DNA of 64,000 nucleotides from Candidatus Eiseniibacteriota bacterium (GTDB lineage Bacteria; Joyebacterota; Joyebacteria; Joyebacterales; Joyebacteraceae): NCBI GenBank assembly GCA_030622115.1, contig JAUXGN010000011.1, positions 3,232 to 67,231 of the forward strand, read 5' to 3'. Shown piece by piece: positions 8,640 to 16,745 of this stretch (position 1 is its first letter; each line of letters starts with the position of its first letter). The notes under the pieces were generated by a model. It saw only the letters and a program-made list of their open reading frames with translations, ran no database searches and was not told where the DNA came from. The position numbers and the translations under genes were made by a program.

Positions 8640-9323
8640 CTACCCGCGGCCTGCGTTCCCGTCCAGGCGCGTCGCCGTGCCCTCCATGACAGCCAAGATA
8701 TCCTCAACGAACGCGAGCGTCGCGAAGCCGTGCGACAGGTTGAGAAGCGTCGCGAGATGGAAGCTCTCATCGTACGTGGCCGTGCCGTCAACGGGAAACG
8801 TCACCTCGAAGCCGCGAACAAAGGCGGAGCGGGCGGTTGTCTCGCAACAGAGGTGCGTCATCACGCCACAGATAACCACTCGTTCAATCCCGCGCTCCTT
8901 CAGACGATCCTCGAGATCGGTATCATAGAAGGCATCGTACTGACTCTTCCTTAGAACGATGCCCCTCGACGTATCGAGATCGCTCGTGATCTCGCTTGAG
9001 GGATCTTCCTCACGAATAGAATCGCTCCACCAGAGCGCCAGTGCTCCACCATTCTCGGGCGTGTTCAGGTGACGCGTGAAGATCACCGGCAGATGTCGTT
9101 CTGAGAACACAGCGGCCAGCGAACGGATACCGGGGATGATGTCCACGGCGCTCGGGATGTGCGCGTGTGAGTCCGGATCCAGGAAGTACCTCTGCATGTC
9201 GAGAACGATGAGCGCTGTTCGTCCAGGCGTGAACACGCTGCGGCCGAGTTCGACCGCCCGCTCCACCAGCTCTCTGGACTTCCGGTGAAACGACTCACCA
9301 TCGAGATAGATGTCTCTTGCCAT
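8640..9323 (-). CDS. Isochorismatase-family cysteine hydrolase
   Basis: TALIVLDMQRYF and VVICGVMTHLCCETTARSA motifs. The listed start at 9350 is TTG, so I set the start to the ATG at 9323 (MARDIY...). Confidence 0.85.
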   Translation of the reverse strand: MARDIYLDGESFHRKSRELVERAVELGRSVFTPGRTALIVLDMQRYFLDPDSHAHIPSAVDIIPGIRSLAAVFSERHLPVIFTRHLNTPENGGALALWWSDSIREEDPSSEITSDLDTSRGIVLRKSQYDAFYDTDLEDRLKERGIERVVICGVMTHLCCETTARSAFVRGFEVTFPVDGTATYDESFHLATLLNLSHGFATLAFVEDILAVMEGTATRLDGNAGRG

Positions 9324-9430
9324 GGCGCTTCTCTCGTGACCTGTGGCCAAGCCTCCGCAGGCCCGTCCGAATGGCCGGGCTCCTGCCGGCCCTTACCCTG
9401 CACCACTGCGCAGGAACAACGTATGAGGAT

Positions 9431-9471
9431 AGCACAAACGAAGCAGCCCAGGCCACGTTGGCCCGGGCTGC
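9431..9471 (-). terminator. Intrinsic terminator after the lamin-tail-domain fragment
   Basis: 12-bp GC-rich stem (one mismatch) at 9443-9471. On the minus strand it is followed by TTCGTTTGTG. Confidence 0.5.
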
Positions 9472-9513
9472 TCATGGATTGGAACCGCGCATTGAGTTAT
9501 CATCATACCGCTC

Positions 9514-9663
9514 TTACCGATAGTAGCTATACATGTCGACGGGCGAGCTACCTGAGTTGTAGATCTCAAACCACTCGCCGTTGGCATCCTCGACCGCAGA
9601 TGGATTCTGCATGATCTCTGTGATTATCAGATCAGAGGAAGCGGGGGCTGCTGCCAACATCAT
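9514..9663 (-). pseudogene. Truncated lamin-tail-domain (LTD) gene fragment, 49 codons, not in the ORF track
   Basis: Minus-strand translation is MMLAAAPASSDLIITEIMQNPSAVEDANGEWFEIYNSGSSPVDMYSYYR*. The ITEIM.NP...GEWFEIYN motif is the N-terminal signature of LTD domains (normally ~110 aa), and a signal-peptide-like stretch precedes it. Confidence 0.35.
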
Positions 9664-9753
9664 GGCGGTAACGACTAGTAGCAATGATTCTCATGCCAAT
9701 GCCTACTTTCCAGATTCTCGGGTTCTGGTACCAAGGTGTGCGGAATCGCCTAT

Positions 9754-9769
9754 TGGCACCGTGTTTGCA
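9754..9769 (+). promoter_or_regulatory. Sigma54 (-24/-12) promoter, consensus match, upstream of ackA
   Basis: TGGCAC-CGTGT-TTGCA at 9754-9769 equals TGGCAC-N5-TTGCA exactly. It lies 76 nt upstream of the ackA ATG. Confidence 0.5.
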
Positions 9770-9844
9770 GTTGTTTGGGCGAAGCCTCATCGTCTATACT
9801 TGGAATGTTGTCAATGTCATACTCGTGGAGGTAAGAGACGAATC

Positions 9845-11032
9845 ATGAATGTGCTGGTACTTAACTGCGGCAGTTCTTCCGTGAAATTCCAACTGGTGAA
9901 TCCCGCCGGAAAGCGGGCTCTCGCCAAGGGCATCATAGAAGAGATCGGATCGCACAACGCTTTCCTCACCTGCCAGGTCAACGGAAGAGACGAGATCAAG
10001 AAGGCCCTCGAGGTCCCGGATCACGATGCCGCGATAAGGCTCGCACATTCTACTCTTCTTCACCCGGAGTACGGGGTGATCTCCGACCCGTCCGAGATCG
10101 ATGCTGTTGGACACAGGGTGGTGCACGCCGGAGAGGAACTGACCGACTCAGTTCTCGTCACTGACGATGTCATAGAGATCATTCGTTCCTGCATCAAGTT
10201 CGCGCCACTTCACAATCCGCACAACCTCTGCGGCATAGAGATGGCGATGGAGCTTCTGCCGGGCATCCCGCAGGTTGCCGTGTTCGACACGGCGTTCCAT
10301 CAGCAGATGCCTCCTGAAGCGTACATGTATGCCCTGCCCCTGACGGCCTACACAGAGCTTGGAATACGACGCTACGGATTCCACGGCACTTCCCACGGAT
10401 TCGTCGCAGCAGCAGCCGCGAAGGAACTCGACCGACCGCTCGAGGAACTCAGGATGATCACATGCCATCTCGGTAACGGTGCGAGCGCGGCGGCCGTCAA
10501 GGGCGGGATATCGGTAGAGACTTCCATGGGCTTCACGCCGCTCGAGGGACTCGTCATGGGCACAAGGAGCGGCGACATAGATCCCGCGGTTGTGCTCTAC
10601 CTGATAGAGCACGAGGGACTCGGGAGCGATGAGGTAAACACGCTCCTCAACAAGCAGAGCGGGCTTCTGGGGCTGTCCGGCGTCAGCAACGACATGCGTG
10701 AGATTCTCACCCAGGCTGAGCAAGGCAACGAGGATGCCGCCCTGGCCGTCGATGTCTTCTGCCATCGCATTCTGAAGTACGTTGGCTCCTACGCCGCCGT
10801 GATGGGCGGACTGGACGCGCTTGTGTTCACCGGAGGCATAGGCGAAAACTCCCCGCGGATAAGAGAGAAGGTCTGTGCGAGGCTCGCATTCCTCGGTATC
10901 ACACTCTCCGAGGCGGAGAACCAGCGCAACGCAACCAGCATCGGATCGGGTCCAACGGCGGTCCTCGTCATCAACACGAATGAGGAGCTGGCGATCGCGC
11001 AGGACACGCGCCGCATTTTGAGAGAGATATAG
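9845..11032 (+). CDS. ackA: Acetate kinase
   Basis: MNVLVLNCGSSSVKFQL N-terminus; HRVVHAGE, FDTAFHQ, RYGFHGTSH and TCHLGNGAS motifs. ORF 9581..11032 trimmed to the ATG at 9845 with GGAGG upstream. Confidence 0.95.
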   Translation: MNVLVLNCGSSSVKFQLVNPAGKRALAKGIIEEIGSHNAFLTCQVNGRDEIKKALEVPDHDAAIRLAHSTLLHPEYGVISDPSEIDAVGHRVVHAGEELTDSVLVTDDVIEIIRSCIKFAPLHNPHNLCGIEMAMELLPGIPQVAVFDTAFHQQMPPEAYMYALPLTAYTELGIRRYGFHGTSHGFVAAAAAKELDRPLEELRMITCHLGNGASAAAVKGGISVETSMGFTPLEGLVMGTRSGDIDPAVVLYLIEHEGLGSDEVNTLLNKQSGLLGLSGVSNDMREILTQAEQGNEDAALAVDVFCHRILKYVGSYAAVMGGLDALVFTGGIGENSPRIREKVCARLAFLGITLSEAENQRNATSIGSGPTAVLVINTNEELAIAQDTRRILREI

Positions 11033-11078
11033 ACTGGGCGCAGGACACGCGCTGCATTCTGAAAGAGAGATAGACGGG
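10997..11078 (+). repeat. 41-nt tandem duplication spanning the ackA stop codon
   Basis: GCGCAGGACACGCGCCGCATTTTGAGAGAGATATAGAC (10997-) is repeated as GCGCAGGACACGCGCTGCATTCTGAAAGAGAGATAGAC (11038-). Confidence 0.8.
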
Positions 11079-11082
11079 GCAC

Positions 11083-11116
11083 AGAACAGCCCGGACCAAT
11101 CGGCCCGGGCTGTTCT
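11083..11116. terminator. Hairpin between convergent ackA and the malic enzyme gene (possibly bidirectional)
   Basis: AGAACAGCCCGG ... CCGGGCTGTTCT, a perfect 12-bp stem. Confidence 0.5.
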
Positions 11117-11173
11117 CTTCTTCAACGAACGACCAGAGACTGCTACGTGTGAACGCGACACTCGTACCTGCGC

Positions 11174-12838
11174 CTAGACGTAGTCCTCGTACTCCGGCAT
11201 GTACATCAACGACTTGATGTGTTCGTGCAGGTCCTTCGGCCGCGGCAGGGCAGCGAGTTCCTGCTCATATGCTATCTCGGCGACTGCCGTGGCGATCTTT
11301 GCGGAGACCTCGCGAATGCGCGACAGAGCCGGATAGACACGCCCCAGCTTGAGATCGTCTTCCGAGGCCTCTGCAGCAAGCGTCTTCGCTGCCGCGTAGA
11401 ACATCTCGCCGGTCACACGCGATGACTCGCACGCCACGATCCCCAGTCCGACACCCGGGAAAATGTACGCATTGTTGCCCTGCCCGGGCACGAATGTCTC
11501 GCCGTTAAACTCCACGGGCTTGAACGGGCTGCCGCTTGCGTAGATCGCCCGTCCGTTCGTGTAGGTATAGGCTTCCGTCGGAGTGCACTCGGCCTTGTGT
11601 GTCGGGTTCGAGAGCGCAAAGATGATCGGTCTCTCGTTCATCTCCGCCATCGTCTCGAGCACTTCCTTGGTGAACGTACTTGCCTGCGCCGACGCGCCGA
11701 TTATGGCAGTCGGCTTGACGGTCTTCACGACCTCAAGGAAATCCGTCATGTGCTCATGGTCGTGCGCAAACGCCTGGTGTACGTCACTGAGATTGTCGCG
11801 ACCCTTCACAATGAGGCCGTCAACGTCGAAGAACCAGAACCGCTCCTGCGCCTCCTTCTCCGAGAGACCCTCCGAAACCATGGCGGCAACGATCTGCTTG
11901 CCGCAACCCATTCCGGCCTCGCCTGCACCAAGGAAGAGAAGTTTCTGTTCGGTGAGCTTCCCACCCGTGATTCTGAGCGCGCCGAGAAGCCCTGAGAGAA
12001 CCACGCTCCCCGTCCCCTGAATATCGTCATTGAACGTGCAGATTTTGTCTTCATACTTCTTGATCAACGGGAACGCGGTCGGGTTGGCGAAATCCTCAAA
12101 CTGGATGAGTGCGTGCGGGAAGACCGAAGTCGCAGCTGTGATGAACTCGTCCACGAATTCGTAGTACTCATCACCGCGGAGACGCCGATTCTTCGTACCG
12201 ATGTAGAGAGGATCATTCAGGAGCTCTTCATTGTTCGTCCCGACATCGAGTACGACGGGAAGGCAATCTGCGGGATGTATGCCGGCACACGCAGTATAGA
12301 GCGACAGCTTGCCGACAGGGATTCCCATGCCGTTAGCGCCGAGATCACCGAGCCCGAGGATGCGCTCACCATCAGTCACAACGATGACGCGGACATCGAC
12401 GAGTGGCCAGTTTCTGAGAACATCGACCATACGGCCTCTGTGCTTTTCGGCGATGAAACAGCCGCGCGTTCTGCGGAAGATGTGTCCGTACTTCTGACAG
12501 GCCTCGCCAACCGTCGGAGTGTATATGATCGGCATCAACTCCTCGAGATTCTCCAAGATCACGCGGTAGAAGAGGGTCTCATTCCTGTCCTGCAGCGACA
12601 GCACATGGATGTACCGGCCGAGGTCAGTGTCCTTCCTCCGGTAGTTCTCCACGACGCGGTCGACCTGCTCCTTCATCATATGAACGTGCGGCGGAAGGAG
12701 TCCTCGGAGCCCGAGAAGTTCTCTCTCTTCCTCCGTGAAGGCCGTACCCTTGTTGAGACCTGCGTTGCGCAGCAGTTCCATCCCCGTGGGGATCGAAGTC
12801 GTACTCATCCGTATGAGCCTGCGCCGTTTCCTTGCCAC
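11174..12838 (-). CDS. NAD(P)-dependent malic enzyme (large, SfcA/MaeA-like type), paralog 1
   Basis: LNKGTAF, IYTPTVGEAC, VTDGERILGLGDLG, FNDDIQGT, GAGEAG and SNPT motifs. Start set to the GTG at 12838 (GGAGGG 7 nt upstream), giving V/M-ARKRRRLIRMSTTS, parallel to paralog 2. Confidence 0.9.
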   Translation of the reverse strand: MARKRRRLIRMSTTSIPTGMELLRNAGLNKGTAFTEEERELLGLRGLLPPHVHMMKEQVDRVVENYRRKDTDLGRYIHVLSLQDRNETLFYRVILENLEELMPIIYTPTVGEACQKYGHIFRRTRGCFIAEKHRGRMVDVLRNWPLVDVRVIVVTDGERILGLGDLGANGMGIPVGKLSLYTACAGIHPADCLPVVLDVGTNNEELLNDPLYIGTKNRRLRGDEYYEFVDEFITAATSVFPHALIQFEDFANPTAFPLIKKYEDKICTFNDDIQGTGSVVLSGLLGALRITGGKLTEQKLLFLGAGEAGMGCGKQIVAAMVSEGLSEKEAQERFWFFDVDGLIVKGRDNLSDVHQAFAHDHEHMTDFLEVVKTVKPTAIIGASAQASTFTKEVLETMAEMNERPIIFALSNPTHKAECTPTEAYTYTNGRAIYASGSPFKPVEFNGETFVPGQGNNAYIFPGVGLGIVACESSRVTGEMFYAAAKTLAAEASEDDLKLGRVYPALSRIREVSAKIATAVAEIAYEQELAALPRPKDLHEHIKSLMYMPEYEDYV

Positions 12839-12958
12839 GTTCCCACCCTCCTCTTTGAGGAAGATATCTCCGCGAGACATCTCCGGGAGATAGCCCGAAC
12901 CCACTTGGGCCCAGGCTATCATTGACAACATGTGCGCTACCGCCGGATGCTGCAGCGC

Positions 12959-14623
12959 CTATATGTAATCCTCATACTCCGGATAATACATCTGAGACTC
13001 GATGCACTCACGCATGTTCTCAGGCTTCGGCCTGCGTGCGAAACCTCTCTCGTAGGCGATCTCGGCAACTGTGGTTGCTATTGCCGCTGAGACCTCGCGA
13101 ATCCGGGTCATCGCAGGATAGACACGGCCAAGAGCGAGATCCTCTTCGGTAACCAGTCCAGCCAGCGTCTTCGCGGCTTCAAAGAACATCTCATCGGTCA
13201 CGCGCGATGACTCACACGCGATGATTCCCAGACCGACGCCGGGGAAGACGTACGCGTTGTTGCCCTGGCCCGGCACGTGAGTCACGCCGTCAAGCGTGAC
13301 TGGATCGAACGGACTCCCGCTTGCAAAGATGGCACGCCCCTTGGTCCAGGTGTAAGCCTCTTCCGCCGTGCACTCCGACTTCGAAGTCGGATTCGAGAGC
13401 GAGAAGACCAAGGGTCTCTCATTCAGCTCGGCCATGGCCTCGACAATCTCCTGGGTGAACTTGCCGGGCTGTCCGGAGACACCGATGATCCCTGTAGGTT
13501 TGAGAGCCTTCACCGCCGCCAGAAGATCCGGCATCGGCTCATGCTCGTGCGCATAGGGCAACTTGTGCGGCGCCAGATCCGTCCGGCTCTTGACTACGAG
13601 TCCCTTCGAATCGACGTGCCAGGATCTCTTCCTTGCCTCGGCCTCGGGTAAGCCTTCCGCGATCATGGCTGACGTGATGAGATCCGCTATGCCGATACCG
13701 GCTTCCCCCGCTCCAAGGAAGAGGAATCTCTGATCCTTGAGAGCGCCGCCGGTAAGCCTGAGGGACGAGTAGATCCCGGAGAGCACCACCGACGCAGTTC
13801 CCTGGATGTCGTCGTTGAACGCGCTGACCTTGTCGCGGTAGTAGTCAAGAAGCCGAAACGCGTTGTTCGTTCCGAAATCCTCAAACTGGATCACAGCGTG
13901 TGGGAACACTTCCCGCACCGCTCTGAAGAACTCGGCGATGAAACTGTCGAAATCCTCTCCGCGCAATCTGCGTTCCCTCGTACCGATGTACAGAGGATCG
14001 TCGAGGAGGCTCTGCGTGTTTGTTCCGACGTCGAGCGTGATCGGGAGACACTGCGAGGGAGCAACGCCGGCACATGCCGTGTAGAGGGAAAGCTTCCCGA
14101 CGGGGATCCCCATGCCGTTTGAACCGAGATCACCGAGGCCAAGGATCCTCTCCCCGTCAGTCACAACAATGATGCGGACATCCACGTACGGCCAGTTCCG
14201 AAGAAGGTCCGCGATCTCGCCGCGATCGGCGAGGGTAATGAAAAGCCCGCGTGGACGACGGAAGATGTGTCCGTACTTCTGACAGGCCTCCCCGACCGTC
14301 GGTGTGTAGATGATCGGAAGCATCTCCTCGAGATACTCGAGCACAACGCGGTAGAAAAGCGTCTCGTTTCTGTCCTGGAGCGCGATCAAATACAAGTATC
14401 GATCGAGATCGGTGAGCATCCTTCTGAAGTTGTTCATCACGCGCAGGACTTGTTTCTCAATCGTGCACAACTGCGGAGGAAGGAGTCCTCTCAACCGGAA
14501 CAGTTCTCTCTCCTCCAGCGGGAAGCCGGGCCCTTTGTTGAGACCTGCGGTCTGCAGCAGGTCGACCCCGGTTGGCACCGATGTCGTACTCATGCGAATG
14601 TGCTTTCGCCGTTTCGCCGCCAC
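12959..14623 (-). CDS. NAD(P)-dependent malic enzyme, paralog 2
   Basis: Same motif set as paralog 1. GTG start at 14623 with GGGAGG upstream. N-terminus MAAKRRKHIRMSTTS. Confidence 0.9.
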   Translation of the reverse strand: MAAKRRKHIRMSTTSVPTGVDLLQTAGLNKGPGFPLEERELFRLRGLLPPQLCTIEKQVLRVMNNFRRMLTDLDRYLYLIALQDRNETLFYRVVLEYLEEMLPIIYTPTVGEACQKYGHIFRRPRGLFITLADRGEIADLLRNWPYVDVRIIVVTDGERILGLGDLGSNGMGIPVGKLSLYTACAGVAPSQCLPITLDVGTNTQSLLDDPLYIGTRERRLRGEDFDSFIAEFFRAVREVFPHAVIQFEDFGTNNAFRLLDYYRDKVSAFNDDIQGTASVVLSGIYSSLRLTGGALKDQRFLFLGAGEAGIGIADLITSAMIAEGLPEAEARKRSWHVDSKGLVVKSRTDLAPHKLPYAHEHEPMPDLLAAVKALKPTGIIGVSGQPGKFTQEIVEAMAELNERPLVFSLSNPTSKSECTAEEAYTWTKGRAIFASGSPFDPVTLDGVTHVPGQGNNAYVFPGVGLGIIACESSRVTDEMFFEAAKTLAGLVTEEDLALGRVYPAMTRIREVSAAIATTVAEIAYERGFARRPKPENMRECIESQMYYPEYEDYI

Positions 14624-14746
14624 TCGACTATCCTCCCGTGCTTGGATGTGAGCCTCTCACCAACTCAACTCGACAACTTGACAATACTAGCATCTCCGGA
14701 AGCCGAAGGAGAGCGCTCATTCGTCGTGGAGACCGGTCCCGGGGCG

Positions 14747-15243
14747 CTAGCCATGCGCGTCGACCTCCGTGCGCGCTGAGTCACTGAGTATTCCCGAGGT
14801 CCTCATCGGGTACACCCGCTGTTCCGCGTGGTCCTTCTGGAATACCGACATGCACTGGACGGCTCCAAAAAAGTTCACCGACATGACTGAGTGGAAGTCC
14901 TCCGCGAGCGTGAGTTTTGTTTCTCCGTAGATGCTGATGCCCGCATTGTTGATGAGCATGTCGACGCTCCCGAGCCGCTCGACGGTGCTCCCGATGAGTG
15001 TCGACATGTCGCCGCGACCACCTTCGGGTGGGTTGCCAACCCCAGATAGTTGTTGGAGCCGAGCATGATGAGCGTCCTGCCGTCCTTCGTGACCGTCGGG
15101 GACGCTGCGGGGTCGAGTGTGCGCAGATAGAAGAACTCGCGCCGCTCCTTGAGGGACTCTATCCATCTGCTGAATTCGTGGCACTTGTCAAAAAGAGGCA
15201 CAGGTGGACTCCTCCGCCCGTCTGCGTATGAATCTCCGTTCAC
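14747..15243 (-). pseudogene. Fused remnants of a Kbl/BioF-type PLP acyltransferase N-terminus and a classical SDR middle segment
   Basis: Frame of ORF 14875..15243 gives ...FFYLRTLDPAASPTVTKDGRTLIMLGSNNYLGLATHPKVVAA (first ~78 aa of an alpha-oxoamine synthase). At ~15010 the signal switches to the frame of ORF 14747..15184: ERLGSVDMLINNAGISIYGETKLTLAEDFHSVMSVNFFGAV (SDR NNAG region). Neither part is complete. Confidence 0.5.
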
Positions 15244-15433
15244 TCAGGACAGGGACGCACCATAGCGCTTCGCGTGACGCGCTTTCCAAGGTACCAACAC
15301 ATGCTAGACTATCCGCGGCCTGAGGCACATTCAAGTCGAAACTCGGGGCCACCAGCCCCCGCTCAATATCGCGTGACGGCAGATTGACTGTGTGCACCAT
15401 ATGCGTTAGGGACGCATGATTGTGAAAAACGTC

Positions 15434-15462
15434 TTGCCAATCTGCGCATTTTGCTGTACTAT
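15434..15462 (+). promoter_or_regulatory. Sigma70-type promoter TTGCCA-N17-TACTAT
   Basis: TTGCCA 15434-15439, 17-nt spacer, TACTAT 15457-15462. It lies ~150 nt upstream of the 15611 start. Confidence 0.35.
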
Positions 15463-15610
15463 TGGTATGGTGAGTTTGGAGAAAGCTTCATACTTCTCGA
15501 ATTCGCATCGTGAGGTGTTGGGTTTCACGCTGGGCTGTTATGTGCTGATGGTATATTCGCTGCCGATCGAACGAGGATCGGCGTTCTCACAACTGAAAGG
15601 TGGAACACCG

Positions 15611-16654
15611 ATGAAGCGCATGCTCATCATTGTTCTAGCGCTGCTCGTCATTTCGAGTGTAGCGTTTGCTGGGAAGATGCTTCCCGACGCCAAGTTCTCG
15701 ACCGAGCCGTACGCCCCCATGAGCTCCCGTGACTACACGGAAGGCTTCGAGGGTGCATTCCCGCCCGTTGGCTGGACGCAGGGCATCACCAATCCCACCG
15801 AGACCTGGCATCAGTACTCGCCGGGCGGCGAGGGCACGTATTGCGCGAACTGCTTCTACGATCCCGCGCTCGTTCCTCAGCTCGAGACGCTGTGCTTCTC
15901 GCACACGTTCGTTGTTGATGAACTCCACCTAAGCTTCCTCGCCATGTCCAGCTACTACTGGGGCGTGGACCCGTACGCGAACTACGACATCTACGTGACG
16001 GTCGACGGCGGCGTTGTGTGGAGTTTCCGCGCCGACGGCACCACCAATAACTACGTCTGGGACCCCTACGACGTAGACCTCGCCGCGTTCGGCTTCATCG
16101 CTGGTCAGACCGTCGATATCTGCCTCGTGTACGAGGGTTCTGACGGTGCGCAGGCTGGCTTCGACGCCATCAAGATCGGCGAAGCGTACGTTCCGCCGCC
16201 GCCGCCCGATGGCGACGTTTGTGAGACGGCGCTCCCGATTCCGAGCAATGAGTTCAGCATCGACGGCTCGAACGTCGGCTTCGCCAGCGACTACCCGCTC
16301 GCGTCCGGCAGCTGCACGGGCTACAGCGCCACCGGTCTGGATGTCGTCTACTACACGATCCTCGAGGTCGGCGACGAGTTCACGGTCACGATGGATACGG
16401 TCGGCGACTGGGACGACTCGATCTACCTGATCACCGACTGCACCGACCCGTTCGGCAGCTGCGTCGCAGGCGCCGACGAGTACCCCGACATGTCGACCTT
16501 CACCTACACCGCCACCGCCGACGGCACGTACTACCTGATCGTTAGCGCCTACGCCTCCGGCACCGGTGACTACACCATCTTCGGCTTCAACGGCGGCGGC
16601 ACGACGCCCGTCGAGGAGTCAAGCTGGGGCAGCATCAAGGCACTGTACAGGTAA
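15611..16654 (+). CDS. Secreted protein with SWGxIKxxY tail (N-terminal FPPxGW-type module, then a pre-peptidase-C-terminal-like beta-sandwich)
   Basis: ORF 15416..16654 trimmed to the ATG at 15611. Signal peptide MKRMLIIVLALLVISSVAFA. EGFEGAFPPVGWTQG motif. C-terminal domain GDVCETALPI...YYLIVSAYASGTGDYTI. Tail TTPVEESSWGSIKALYR. Confidence 0.7.
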   Translation: MKRMLIIVLALLVISSVAFAGKMLPDAKFSTEPYAPMSSRDYTEGFEGAFPPVGWTQGITNPTETWHQYSPGGEGTYCANCFYDPALVPQLETLCFSHTFVVDELHLSFLAMSSYYWGVDPYANYDIYVTVDGGVVWSFRADGTTNNYVWDPYDVDLAAFGFIAGQTVDICLVYEGSDGAQAGFDAIKIGEAYVPPPPPDGDVCETALPIPSNEFSIDGSNVGFASDYPLASGSCTGYSATGLDVVYYTILEVGDEFTVTMDTVGDWDDSIYLITDCTDPFGSCVAGADEYPDMSTFTYTATADGTYYLIVSAYASGTGDYTIFGFNGGGTTPVEESSWGSIKALYR

Positions 16655-16706
16655 CACTCCGGCAGCGACTCGGCTTCAATCGAGAGTGCTGCAGGCTGAC
16701 AGAAAG

Positions 16707-16745
16707 GAAGGGGCGGGGGATCTCTCCCGCCCCTTCTTCTGTCTA
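16707..16745 (+). terminator. Intrinsic terminator
   Basis: GAAGGGGCGGG-8 nt loop-CCCGCCCCTTC followed by TTCTGTCTATT. Confidence 0.6.

Noticed and set aside
14678-14700. Plus-strand TTGACA at 14678 as a promoter
   Set aside because: No -10-like hexamer 16-18 nt downstream and no plus-strand gene to serve. The same sequence read on the minus strand gives an extended -10 (TGCTAGTAT) upstream of malic enzyme paralog 2, which is the more sensible interpretation.
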